Positions 5,064 to 16,800 of a DNA stretch of 52,643 nt are shown here, piece after piece. The stretch's first letter is position 1. The number at the start of each line of letters is the position of its first letter. The notes under the pieces are model-generated. The model was not told where the DNA came from. It saw nothing but the letters and a program-made list of their open reading frames with translations, and did no database searches. The stretch lies in the IMG/VR virus record IMGVR_UViG_3300023116_000065, positions 1 to 52,643 of that record; one strand, given 5' to 3'. The DNA is from a virus (taxonomy: Duplodnaviria > Caudoviricetes). The position numbers were made by a program, and so were the translations under genes.

Positions 5064-8048
5064 ATGGCACTCAAGACAGAATATACCTTTGCAATTGGTA
5101 GCACTTTTACACCAGACAGGTTCAATGAGGACGTAAATCACGTTGCAACCTCATGGCAGGTGTCAAATCAACCTGAATTTGGTGATGATGGGCGTGTAGG
5201 TGACCGTGATTTTATTGTTTATGAGTCATTAGTTGATACAACCGCGTTAAAAACCCTTCGGTTTTTTGCAGAAGACGTATTAGAACCGTTTAAAGACTAT
5301 TATTTACGCGCAAAATACCATTCTGACCTCAAATCTGGTCGTTCTTTGGACCCTTTGGTGCTGAAATGTACTAATGGGTCCAATGTTGTAGAAATTTTAG
5401 GGCGTCAAAATGCGGAAACTGGTCTTATTGTCGCAGATTCTGTAGCAATTCAAGAAATTGAGTATGCAATGAGAGTAGATTACAAGAGTAATCTGAAGGG
5501 ATTGGTTGGTGGAAACATGTTTTCTGCGGTTTCTATCATCAAAAGCATTGATTATACTAATCAAACGCTCACATTGTCGCAAAACTGCTTATTTTCTGGA
5601 GCTTTTATCTTTGATTTGCATGAAACTTTTCAAAGTGTATGGAGTTCTGCGATCAGATTTGATTCTGATGAAGGTCTTTGGGCAACAATTGAGATTGTTA
5701 CTCAACCAACAGACATTTCTATTCCACTTACACAGTCTGGAATCCTTACTGTTCTGGCACAAATGTCAGATTCAAGTACAGTTTCTTACCAGTGGCAAAT
5801 TAGAAACTCTTTAGGGCAGTTTCAGGACATTTCTGGAGCTACAGGAACGAATCTAAACATATCAAATGTTGCTCTAACTGATGATCAGAGTGTTTATCGT
5901 GTTATAGCAACATCAATTTATGGTCAAGTTCTGATTTCAAATGAAGTAACACTGACTGTTATCCCAATTACACTCACAATTCTCAGAAATCCAAGAGATT
6001 CTACGTTTGTTCAGGGTGGAACCGCATCGTTTGACGTGGTTGCTGAGATTAATGGTAATGCAAATCTTACATATCAGTGGCAAAAACAAGAAGCAGTTGA
6101 TGACCAATGGGTAGACATTACTGGTGCAACTAGTGTGACTTATGTAACAGGAACACTTGACTCTGTAAATGATCTTGGTGACAAGTATCGTGTCAAGGTC
6201 AGTAATGATGTTGCACCTGATATCTTTATATTTTCTGAACAAGCTGAACTACTTGCACAACCATACGATCTTACTCTTGTTTATCCAGACAATACAACGC
6301 AAAACTGGATATTTGACATCGATGGTCCAGTGATTTGTGATAGTAGTGTTGGTACTACGTGGAACGTAATTCCACAGTCACCACAGGATGTTGATATTAA
6401 GATGTGGGGTAAGAGTACAAGTAGTGAGTATGCTGGATATAGTGAAGGTAGGGTTACCCTAACACAAGGAAATGACTATAGAATTCATACAAATGTTGGT
6501 GGTGGATCACATGGAACTGGGTATGGTTGGCCATCAAATGAAAATGGTGGTGGTTATACTGGAATTTTTGATGGTCTAAGTGCATCTCAATCATCAGCAA
6601 TTATGATTGCTGGTGGATCTGGTGGTAGAGGATATGGTCATGGATCATCTGCTGGTGGTCGTGGTGGTGGTAATAGTGGTAGTGCAGGTACAAACTCCAA
6701 TGATACTCAAATTGGATCCACTGGTGGTGGAGGTGGTTCTCAAACCTCTGGCGGTGGAGGAGGTGGTGCAGGGGGATCCTCTGGTAGCGCCTTACAAGGT
6801 GGTAGAGGTGGTGATGGATATAGAGGTGGTTACCCCAACGCTGGAGGCGGTGGCGGTGGCGGCGGCGGTTACTACGGCGGCGGTGGCGGCGGTGGTGGTA
6901 ATGACAATGGTTCATCCACTCGTAATGCATCTGGTGGTGGAGGAGGATCTGGTTACATTAATCAATCACTAGTTACTAATGGTCTTACCTCCAATGTCAA
7001 TACAAATAATTTGTTATCAAATGGTGGTACTTGGGATGATCTGGATCCAAACCGCAATAATGCAGGATATAATTCTAATGGATCCGCTCGTCTTGTCATG
7101 TCTTCTGTTTTAGGTCAATATTATACAGATCCCGATGGAAGATTCCTCATCTTTTCCAACTGTACTTACATGACTCCACCATCATCGATGCAGAAGACAT
7201 TCGGTACTGTATATCCAGGAGATACTAAGTGTATTGATAATGCAAGATGGCAGAGTATTCGTAGTTCTGCTGGTAACACCTCTGCTACAAATTATCGTAT
7301 TCAATTTACAATCGGTGGATCTAAGAAACCATGGGCAACAGGAAATCCCACTGATTATAATCTTTACAAGATGAGAACTGCAAATGTCTTACCATTGGTA
7401 ACTGATCTTACTGATTGGGGTAGTTTTGCAGATGTTTCAACAGCAGATTCATATAGAAATTTGGTATATTTTGCTTGGCATGAAGATGCTCTTGATAGTT
7501 ATGCTGGTCCTTATTGGGGATATGGTTTGGATTACACTGGATTATCTTATGGGGATTATAATAGTTCTCCTCAATATTATACTAGTCCAGGAACTAGTGC
7601 ATTTGCACAGTCAGTTAATTCATCAATACCTACATTTTCTGGTTCATACGACAGTGAAAGAACAATCTCAATGTGGATCATTCCACCAGGGGTAACACCA
7701 ATTACAGGAAGTAGTAGAACTGCAACAGCTGATGTATATGAAAACCCAGCATGTAATCCTTCAACATATTCAAATGGGTGGTACACAAGAACTGGTGGTA
7801 GTGAGACTACTCCTAGTAGTTGGAGACAGATTGTTATCATTTTTGATGGTGTTGTTGTTGTGAACACTCAAACTGATTCTGTCACTATAAATCCATTTGA
7901 TGGTACGATTACTAAAGATGGGTGGACTTATGAAGCATCTACCCATAGGGGATCAGTTTATGGTTGGGCTTCGGATGGAACTTCTTGTGGTCAGCAGTCA
8001 AGTCCTAATGGGGACTTCTGCAATTCATTTGACGTTATCAGGTATTGA
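5064..8048 (+). CDS. Virion structural protein with Ig-like domains and a glycine-rich domain (994 aa)
   Basis: Two Ig-like units (TQP...YQWQ...ISGAT...YRV) and GGGGG-rich tracts around 6490-6960. Confidence 0.8.
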   Translation: MALKTEYTFAIGSTFTPDRFNEDVNHVATSWQVSNQPEFGDDGRVGDRDFIVYESLVDTTALKTLRFFAEDVLEPFKDYYLRAKYHSDLKSGRSLDPLVLKCTNGSNVVEILGRQNAETGLIVADSVAIQEIEYAMRVDYKSNLKGLVGGNMFSAVSIIKSIDYTNQTLTLSQNCLFSGAFIFDLHETFQSVWSSAIRFDSDEGLWATIEIVTQPTDISIPLTQSGILTVLAQMSDSSTVSYQWQIRNSLGQFQDISGATGTNLNISNVALTDDQSVYRVIATSIYGQVLISNEVTLTVIPITLTILRNPRDSTFVQGGTASFDVVAEINGNANLTYQWQKQEAVDDQWVDITGATSVTYVTGTLDSVNDLGDKYRVKVSNDVAPDIFIFSEQAELLAQPYDLTLVYPDNTTQNWIFDIDGPVICDSSVGTTWNVIPQSPQDVDIKMWGKSTSSEYAGYSEGRVTLTQGNDYRIHTNVGGGSHGTGYGWPSNENGGGYTGIFDGLSASQSSAIMIAGGSGGRGYGHGSSAGGRGGGNSGSAGTNSNDTQIGSTGGGGGSQTSGGGGGGAGGSSGSALQGGRGGDGYRGGYPNAGGGGGGGGGYYGGGGGGGGNDNGSSTRNASGGGGGSGYINQSLVTNGLTSNVNTNNLLSNGGTWDDLDPNRNNAGYNSNGSARLVMSSVLGQYYTDPDGRFLIFSNCTYMTPPSSMQKTFGTVYPGDTKCIDNARWQSIRSSAGNTSATNYRIQFTIGGSKKPWATGNPTDYNLYKMRTANVLPLVTDLTDWGSFADVSTADSYRNLVYFAWHEDALDSYAGPYWGYGLDYTGLSYGDYNSSPQYYTSPGTSAFAQSVNSSIPTFSGSYDSERTISMWIIPPGVTPITGSSRTATADVYENPACNPSTYSNGWYTRTGGSETTPSSWRQIVIIFDGVVVVNTQTDSVTINPFDGTITKDGWTYEASTHRGSVYGWASDGTSCGQQSSPNGDFCNSFDVIRY

Positions 8049-8081
8049 TGCTATACTGATCCTTTCAAGAGAACTTTACAA

Positions 8082-8231
8082 ATGGCAAAAGCAAAAGGTG
8101 GTTTGAACAAGAGTGTTGGATACGTTCCAGGAAAACCTAAATTGACTCGTCAAGGACGTTCTGCCAATACTAAGTATGCTGCCACTAGTCGTAATAATGC
8201 ACGTAAACCATACCGAGGTCAAGGTAAGTAA
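8082..8231 (+). CDS. Small basic conserved cyanophage protein (49 aa, ends YRGQGK); not in the ORF track
   Basis: Manual translation MAKAKGGLNKSVGYVPGKPKLTRQGRSANTKYAATSRNNARKPYRGQGK*; TGcTATACT 8049-8057 upstream. Confidence 0.8.
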   Translation: MAKAKGGLNKSVGYVPGKPKLTRQGRSANTKYAATSRNNARKPYRGQGK

Positions 8232-8259
8232 TTAGAGACTAAATACCTTAGGAGATAGC

Positions 8260-8300
8260 AACCTCCTAAAAAGTTCTTATGGACTTTTAGGAGGTTTTTT
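8260..8300 (+). terminator. Terminator-like hairpin that also sequesters the downstream Shine-Dalgarno
   Basis: AACCTCCTAAAAAGTTC / GGACTTTTAGGAGGTT followed by a T-run; AGGAGG 8289-8294 is in the 3' arm. Confidence 0.65.
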
Positions 8301-8301
8301 C

Positions 8302-8508
8302 ATGGGAAATCATCATCACGTAGACAAAAGTGAAGAATTTATTAATGAGGGTATGACTCTAATTACTGAGGTGGAGTCAGAAAAATGGTTGAAAATGCAT
8401 GAAGAAAATAAGAAAAGAGCAGCATCTAAACCACCAGCAGACAGACTTTCGAGACCTTGTGGAGGTCCTGGTGGATTTGATGATTTTGTAGAAAGGTGGC
8501 ATCAATAG
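8302..8508 (+). CDS. Hypothetical protein (68 aa)
   Basis: Strong SD AGGAGG 7 nt upstream of the ATG. Confidence 0.75.
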   Translation: MGNHHHVDKSEEFINEGMTLITEVESEKWLKMHEENKKRAASKPPADRLSRPCGGPGGFDDFVERWHQ

Positions 8509-8511
8509 AGT

Positions 8512-8518
8512 CTAAATA
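8512..8518 (+). promoter_or_regulatory. Late-promoter-like CTAAATA
   Basis: Variant of the T4 late TATAAATA box upstream of gp25; another copy at 8239-8245. Confidence 0.55.
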
Positions 8519-8545
8519 AATATAAGACGACGTTATTAGTGCCTT

Positions 8546-8941
8546 ATGGCGCAACAAAAATCTAGGTCATTTAAAGATATTTCATTTTCTTTTGATCGGC
8601 ATCCAAAAACAAAGGATGTTCTGATCAAAAGAAATGAGCAGGCTATTGCATCTGCATTAAAGCATTTGATTCTGACGAATGAAGGTGAAAGACCTTTTCA
8701 ACCCAATTTGGGTACGAACATAAATCGTCTCCTATTTGAAAATATAGACGTTGGTATTGCGGCAGCATTATCTCAAGAAATTGAGAGTCTTATCAAGACA
8801 TATGAACCGAGAGTTGAATTGGAATCTGTAGAGGTAACTCCAGATTTTGAAAACAACGGATTCTCTGCCCAACTGAACTTTTTCATCATTGGTATACCAT
8901 ATCTTCAGACCGTAGACATGTTTTTAGAGAGCACTAGGTAA
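8546..8941 (+). CDS. gp25: Baseplate wedge subunit gp25
   Basis: FKDISFSF...LILTNEGERPFQPNLG...LLFE...YEPRV signature. Confidence 0.95.
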   Translation: MAQQKSRSFKDISFSFDRHPKTKDVLIKRNEQAIASALKHLILTNEGERPFQPNLGTNINRLLFENIDVGIAAALSQEIESLIKTYEPRVELESVEVTPDFENNGFSAQLNFFIIGIPYLQTVDMFLESTR

Positions 8942-10818
8942 TGGCAAATACAAAACTAACAGATTTAGATTTTGAGCAGATAAAAGCAGTATTAAAAGAC
9001 TATCTAAAGAATAATACTGATTTTAGCGATTATGACTTTGATGGATCTGCACTTTCAAATATTGTAGATCTTCTAGCATATAACACATCATATCAGGCAT
9101 TTATGTCTAATATGGTGGCAAATGAATCATTCCTAAGTTCAGCGGTTCTTAGGGATAATATTATTTTACATGCCAGAAATTTAGGGTATTTGCCAAGATC
9201 CACAAAGTCATCTAAAGCAGCATTTACTTTCAATATTTTTTCAACATTTGATGGATTGACTGGTAGTGCTCCAGCATCAATCACTATCAGATCAGGAGCA
9301 GTATTTACTGCAATAAAAGATAATAATTCATATACATTTTCGACTCCAACAGACATTACCACACCTTTGGTGTATGTGGATCCCCAGTCCCCTTCTTTAG
9401 GCGCTACAGCGGCTTTTACAGGGGTCTCACTGTATGAAGGGACATACCTCACATCTACCTTCAATGTAAATCGTCAGGATCTAGATCAAAGATTTGTATT
9501 AGAGAATTCTGGAATCGATCTTGACACTTTAGTTGTATATGTTTCCCCATCAGCATCCAGTACAGAGCAAGTAACCTATACTAGATCCACTAATATCACT
9601 CAACTCGATTCTGAATCAAAAGTATATTTTATTCAGGAGATTGAAGATGAGCGTTATGAACTCATTTTTGGTGATGGAGTAATTGGGCAGCAGTTGGACG
9701 ATGGATCTCAAGTTACTGTCACATACATCATTTCAAGTGGAAGTGATGCAAATGGTATTCAAGGTAATGAAAACTTTGTATTTTCTGGAAATGTAACCAA
9801 TAATATTGGTGCTGTACCTGCTTTGCAGACTATTACAATTGCAAATTCACCAGTAACTGAAGGTGGTGCAGAAATTGAGTCAATTGATTCAATTAAATTC
9901 CAAGCACCTAGGTTCTATTCTACTCAGAATAGAGCAGTGACTGCTTCTGACTACGAAACTATTACTAGACTTGTTTATCCCAATGTTGATGACTTATTTG
10001 CCTTTGGTGGTGAGGAATCATCTCCACCAGAATATGGAAGAGTAAAAATTGTTATCAAACCAAAGTCTGGAGATAAATTATCAGCAAGTTCTAAAAACTT
10101 CATCAAGCAAAAACTTCAGAAATATAAAGTAGCATCTCTATCGGTTGATATTATTGACCCAGCAGTAGTTTACCCTGTAATTGATTCTGTCATATATTAC
10201 AATGCAGATGAAACAACTTCAACTGCATCTGAAATCAAAAGTTTAGTAGAAACTGCTATCGATTTACATGAAGCATCAACTGCATTGAGTAAATTTGGCG
10301 GTAAACTAAAATATAGTAAATTGGTATCAGTTATTGATGATGCTGACATTTCTATCAGCAGAAATGACACTAAGGTGTTTATCAGAAGAGATTTGCAGGC
10401 AGTTTTGAATACTAATGCATCTTATGAACTGTGTTATGTAAATGCTTTTCAGATTGACACTGATGCACCTATTCTATCCTCTACGGGATTCAATATTCAG
10501 GGATATGACAATACACTATTTCTTGAAGATGACTACTCTGGATCCTATGTAAATAGTAATAGAACTACAAAGAATGTTCTTGCATATTATCTCAACAATT
10601 CCATCAAAACATATCTTGGGGAACCAATTGGGACAATTAATTATGAAACGGGTGAGATTTTATTAGGTCAAAAATCATCATTAGTTATTACTGGAACTTC
10701 TGAACCTGGATCAGTTGTAAAAGTAACGGTGAAACCTAGAAGTTATGATATCTTCGCAAGAAGAGAAGTATTTTTATCCTTAGTCAAGAGAAGCATTCAA
10801 GTTTTAGCGGAGTCATAA
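8941..10818 (+). CDS. gp6: Baseplate wedge subunit gp6
   Basis: LDFEQIK...FSDYDFDGSALS...LAYNT; FGDGVIG; QNRAVTASDY; TAATG coupling to gp25. Confidence 0.95.
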   Translation: MANTKLTDLDFEQIKAVLKDYLKNNTDFSDYDFDGSALSNIVDLLAYNTSYQAFMSNMVANESFLSSAVLRDNIILHARNLGYLPRSTKSSKAAFTFNIFSTFDGLTGSAPASITIRSGAVFTAIKDNNSYTFSTPTDITTPLVYVDPQSPSLGATAAFTGVSLYEGTYLTSTFNVNRQDLDQRFVLENSGIDLDTLVVYVSPSASSTEQVTYTRSTNITQLDSESKVYFIQEIEDERYELIFGDGVIGQQLDDGSQVTVTYIISSGSDANGIQGNENFVFSGNVTNNIGAVPALQTITIANSPVTEGGAEIESIDSIKFQAPRFYSTQNRAVTASDYETITRLVYPNVDDLFAFGGEESSPPEYGRVKIVIKPKSGDKLSASSKNFIKQKLQKYKVASLSVDIIDPAVVYPVIDSVIYYNADETTSTASEIKSLVETAIDLHEASTALSKFGGKLKYSKLVSVIDDADISISRNDTKVFIRRDLQAVLNTNASYELCYVNAFQIDTDAPILSSTGFNIQGYDNTLFLEDDYSGSYVNSNRTTKNVLAYYLNNSIKTYLGEPIGTINYETGEILLGQKSSLVITGTSEPGSVVKVTVKPRSYDIFARREVFLSLVKRSIQVLAES

Positions 10819-10821
10819 AGA

Positions 10822-13800
10822 ATGATCAACATTTCCCAATTAGTCGATAACCAGTTACCAGACTTTTTTGTCCAGGAATATCCGCTATTTGTTGAATTTT
10901 TCAAACAGTATTATAAGTATACTGAAATTGATAATTCTTCGTCTTCAATCCTGAAAAAAATTCAGACATATCAAAGTTCTGATTTTTATAAGGATGGTAT
11001 TATTCTTGAGACAGTGTTAGCAAATGATGTGTCTGTTACAGACACCCAAATTGTGCTATCTAGTGATGTAAATAATGCTGATGCTGTAGATAAAAATAAT
11101 ATTCCAATTTTTGAGAGATTTCCAAAAGAAGGATTGCTTCTTCTAAAATCTTCAAACGGAAATGAAATTGTTCAGTATAAAAATATCAATAAACAAACTG
11201 GTGTTGTCAGTCAGATTAAGAGAGGGGCTGCTGGAACCGTCAAATTAGGCGATCTTCTACTAGAATCTAATTCATATACCAGCACCGAGGTTATTGAACA
11301 TGCTGCTAATGATACTGAAGTAATTAATATTACTCATCTATTCTTAGCATCTTTATTCAAGAACCTAAAAACTCAGTATTTTTCTGGTTTGCCCGTAGAA
11401 AGGCTAAATGAAGGGGTAAATGTACCAACTGTACTGAAGTATATTAAAGATTTCTATAGATCTAAAGGAACAAGTCCTGCTGTAGAGTTTTTATTCAGAA
11501 GTTCCTTTAATGATGATAAAGTTCTCATAAGATATCCAAATGAGCAACTAATTAAAGCATCTGAGTCTACTTGGTCTGTAGATACTATTATCCAAGCAGA
11601 TTTAGTAAATCTTTCTAATGGATATACTACAGACGATCTTTCTGGATTGGTTCTGAAACAAGTAAAATATGCACATGACACTTCTATTGAGGAAGCATCT
11701 GCATCTATTGAAAGAGTTATTTCTCTAAAGAGTGGAGAAAGACAATTATATAGAATTTATGTAAATAGCGAAAGCGTTACTGGTAATTTTTCTCCAATCA
11801 ACCAAACTCTTAGTAGAGTAAACTTTTCTTTTGGACAAAAATCTTTAGTTGTAGATTCTACAGTAGGATTTCCAGAAATCAATGGTGTATTTTACATTGA
11901 AGGAGTAGTGGATGCAAATGGTGAGTCTGTTGCATTTACTTATGCAGAAAAAACTGGAACTGAGTTTTATGGTATTGAAAGTGATGCCCTAGGATTTACT
12001 ACTGCAAGAAAAAATGCAAGAGTTTATAGTGGGAATGTAGTATCTGTAGTAGAAGATATCACTTCATCAGTATCATCACCATTTGCTACGTTTAGACCAA
12101 CAGGAATTATTAGTGACTTTGATATTGTTAATACTGGATTATTATTATCAGAGGGCGACAAGTTTGATTTTGTACAATCGGGTATTGAAGGCAATTTACC
12201 AATTCAAACCTCTTGGTCACAAAATGCGCCAGGAAATGAAGCAAATGTGTCTTTGGTGAGTGTTTCTGGTCAGATGAGATCGACTTATTTGCAAAATGAT
12301 TATAAAGTTACCAAGAGTGTAAATGGGGTATATGATGATGGTGATTATGTGTATGTTTCTTCTAACGGATTTCCAGATGTAGTCGGATCTATTGGTAATA
12401 TTAATGGTGGTCCTAATGCATTATTGAATCCAGCTTCTCAAAGGCATCTAAAAAAGATTCCTAAGAATCTAAGTTTTGCACAAACATTATATCCTCTTCC
12501 AGATGATAATACAGTTGCTGTCTCTGTTGACGGTGTACCTATTATTTCACCTACAGGAACGAATGAATCTCTATCTAATAGAGAATTAGTAACTCAAGGT
12601 GAGATTATTAAAATTAACGTTACTAATGGAGGATCTGGGTATTCTGAAGCACCTAGAGTATCGATTAGTGGTGTAGGTGGTGCAACAGGAACTGCAGTTG
12701 TCACAAATGGAAGTGTTACTGCAATTACAATTACTGCTGCAGGTCAAGGTTACACCTATAGACCAGAAATTACCATTTCTACGGGTTCTGGTGCAGTTTT
12801 GGAAGCTAATTTTGGATCTAACAATAGATTAGGTGATATTCAATCTCTGGATATTGTAAATAGTGGATCTTTCTATACTCAAGCACCAGATATCGAAGTT
12901 GTAGACGAATCTGGGAGGGGTAGAGGCGCTAAATTTATTGTCCAGTCTATTGATCCAGTAAATGGTAACATTACTGCTATTAAGAAAGTATCTGGTGGAT
13001 TTGATTATGATCAGACTAAAACCAAGATATATGTAGTATCTACTGGAACAGGGGCAACTGCAGAAGCAGAAGTAAGAAGTTGGCATAGAGATAATTATGC
13101 GGCATATACTCAGTTTGCCGATGATGCTAATGGATACCCTTTCCAAGGTAGATTTCCTGAATATAATGATGCTTACTATTATGTTGGAAATCCTAGGGGA
13201 TATAGAATTACTAAGAATGACAACATTACTTCTGGTGGAGTCGAATTACCATCCGACCTAACCCACTCACCAATTGTTGCTTGGTCTTATGATGGTGTTC
13301 CAATTTATGGTCCAGTTGGATATTCAGATCCGACGGATTCTAACTCTGCCCTAAAGAGAGTTGAGTCTTCATATTACTTGAGAGATGATAGAGGTGAAAA
13401 TGGTCCTAGTGCTGTTGAATTTACTATGGGCAGTTTCGTAGAGGATTATGAGTACAAACCAGAGGGTAATCCTCTACATAAAGACTTAGATAAGCATAAT
13501 GGTCGATTCTGTGTCACTCCAGATTTTCCAGAAGGTAGATATTGCTATTTCTTGACGATTCATAGTAGTGATGATATTAATCAAAGGAATAGACAGGATG
13601 CTAGACCAAGATATCCTTATATGATTGGTCCAACTTATAAATTCAATCCTGAGACCTCCAATTTCACAAAAGAATCGATTCTTTCATCTTTACCATCTAA
13701 TGCCATTAGAATTAGAGATGTTAATGATAATGTTCCTAATTTTGGAACTAATTTAGAAGCATCTGTTACTGCAGTTTCTTCTGGATCTGTAGATTCGGTA

Positions 13801-16800
13801 ATTATTGAAAATCCAGGAAATAATTATTCAGTTGGAACTGATAATTATATCCCAAGATTTGTTGCTGGAGATAAACTTTTTGTAGACGATACAAATACTC
13901 AAGGTGTAGGATTTGCTGGTAAAGTTGCTTCTATTGTTGCTAAAAACAACTCAGGAAATGATATTGGAGTATCTTCAATTTCATATTCCACAATCACTGG
14001 ATCCTTAGATGTTAGAAAACAGGTTCTAAACATTGCTCCACCAACATTTGATGGAACTGATTTTCAGTATAACAAAATTTTTGAAAATGACACTATCGTA
14101 GATACATCTAAGACCAAGTATGCTATTGAAACAGCAATTGCATGTTCTGCTACAGATACTGTACTTAGATTTAGAACTGCAAATACTTCTAATGTAAATA
14201 TTGGAGATACGATTGACATTCAATCAGAAAGTGTATATATCAATAGTGCATTTACTAATAGTTCCAGATATGTATATCTTAGTGTAGCAAATATACAATC
14301 ATCGGATCCCGTTTCTCCACAAACTGATCAAGGATTCTTCTATAAGTACGAAAACGGTAAAGAATTATTTGATGAGATTTATGTTGATTCTGGAGATCAA
14401 TCTACTAAGGTGGGTAGAATCTTAGAAATTAATGCAGTCTCAAATATATTGAAGGTTGAGATGTATATTGATCCAGATACTCAGAATTACTATGCAATCC
14501 CAGCATTAGCAACAGGTATCTCAAACCAAATCCAAACAGAACCTCGTTATAGTCAGAATGTTAGTTCTATCGAATATGTAAAAGAAGTTACAGTTATTAG
14601 AGGATATGATGGATCTAAGGCATCCAGGCATCCTTTTGGTGTTGAGTGCTCAACTCAAGTACCTACAGCAAATATTGATGACTATAAAGTAAGACTTCAG
14701 TTTACTGGCGCCGATCCATCACTATTTGTTCCTGGTGTTTATATCCAGGGTCAGAACTCAGATACTACTGCTCGTATTGAGTTGGTAGAAACTATTTCTG
14801 CAACTTCAGGATATTTGTACTTAACAGATGTAAAAGAAGGTCCAAATGCTAGTGATATTCCTAGATTTGGTATTTACAACAATGGTTCTTTTGGACCAGA
14901 GACTATCAATGAAATTGGTGCAGGAGTGACAACAACGCTCATCGCAGATATTGATGAAGATGATACAATCTTGAAAGTTGTCAATAGTGATCTATTCTAT
15001 GTCAATCGATATATCAATATTGGCACAGAGATTATGAGAATCACTGATAAAAAATCGGGTCAGTTGACAGTGACTAGAGCACAAGGTGGGACAGTGGCAG
15101 ATGAGCATTCTGTAAATGCTAGCGTAAGTATTTCAAATCATAGTGCTACAACAGCAGGAGACACATATCAACTAACAGTTTCTTTGGAGAACGCACAAAG
15201 ATTCTCTAATACTAGTACGTTTGATGATAATAATGGTGATAGTATCACAGTAAATGCTGTCGTAGATGGTAGTATTTCAGACGAAGATATTACCTTAAAT
15301 ATTGACGCAGAAAATTATGAAAAGTTCTCTCTTGGCGATGTAATTGAGATTGGAACAGAACAACTTAGAATTGATAGTAAGAGAACTAATTTGCTAACTG
15401 TTACAAGAGGTTTCAATCAAACTACAGCAAGTCATCATAGTCACAATGCTTCCATAGAAAACATTAGTAAGTATGATGCTGTTGTAACTACAAATACCAA
15501 TCATGATTTACTTGAAAGTGATCTAATTGAAATTAGTGGAGATCCTTCATTAGAAACAATTCAAGAGACTGGTATTTCGGTAAGAATTGTAAATGGTCAG
15601 TTTGAATTTAGTAGCGTCCACACTGACTCTAATTATCAACAAAATCCATCATTGACTCTTGTTTATGGGCATAAGTATGTCTTTGATGTTTCAGAGTCAA
15701 CTAATTCAAATACTACTCTTGGTTTCTATTCTGATAGAGATTTTAATAATGAAATTTCAGTGGAAAGAATTGGTGTTCCAGGTTCTTTGAACTCAAAGGT
15801 TATCCTCAAAAACAACAATAGAGACTATACCAATATCTATTATAATAATCCTAATGCACTTATTTCTGGACTAACCAGTAAACTCACTTTTATTGAGGAT
15901 CCATATAATGTATCTTTGACTGGCGTATTTGATCTGACCGACACAACGTTCAAGTATATTGTTAGAACTAAGCCAGAAGGCAATGCTAGAGGAACTAAGA
16001 CACTAGCATTACAAAGTCATAGATATTCTGGTAAAATCCATAGAATTTCTATTACAGATGCAGGCAGAGGGTATCAGTCATTACCAACAATCAAAGGTGT
16101 TTACTTTAGAGAAGAAGATGCATTTAGAGGGACCGTTATTACTGATGATGATGGCACGATTCAAAGAGTAGATATTGATTTTGGTGGAACTAGATATGTC
16201 TCACCAAAAGTTTATGTTATTGGTAATGGAAGTGGTGCATCAATGACTGCTGATGTTCTTGACAACAGTATTCGTAGAATCACTATTAATAGTGGAGGTT
16301 TTGGGTATGACAAAAACACAAAACTAGTTTTAGTTGAGGAAGATTCTAGAAATGTAAGAATCCTTCCAGCAACCACGTCTATTGGTAAGATTTCAGCATT
16401 CAGTATCAAAAATCCTGGATATGATCTGACAAGCAACTATACAATGGCACCTCAGGTTAGAATTCCTACCACTATTCAGGTCATCAATATCAATGGGGAA
16501 TATAGAAAGGGTGAAACTGTATATCAAGGAAATGTAAATACTCCTTCTGGTCAAGGTGTTGTTGATTCATTCAATTCTACTACTAACGTACTTAAACTAA
16601 TTTCGGTTACAGGTCGTTTTGTTGATGGTGTGCAAGTTGTAGGTTATACCTCTTCGGCAACTAGCACTGCAAGTAAAGTAAATCTATCTAAGATTTCTGC
16701 AACTGTAGGTGCTCTAACTTCTATTGAGGGAGTATTTACTGATGAATTTGGTAAGTTGAATACTGCATCTCAAAAGATTCAGGATTCTTATTTCTACCAA

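Noticed and set aside
6601-6972. His/Arg-rich and Val-rich ORFs
   Set aside because: Alternative frames of the GGT/GGC glycine tract.
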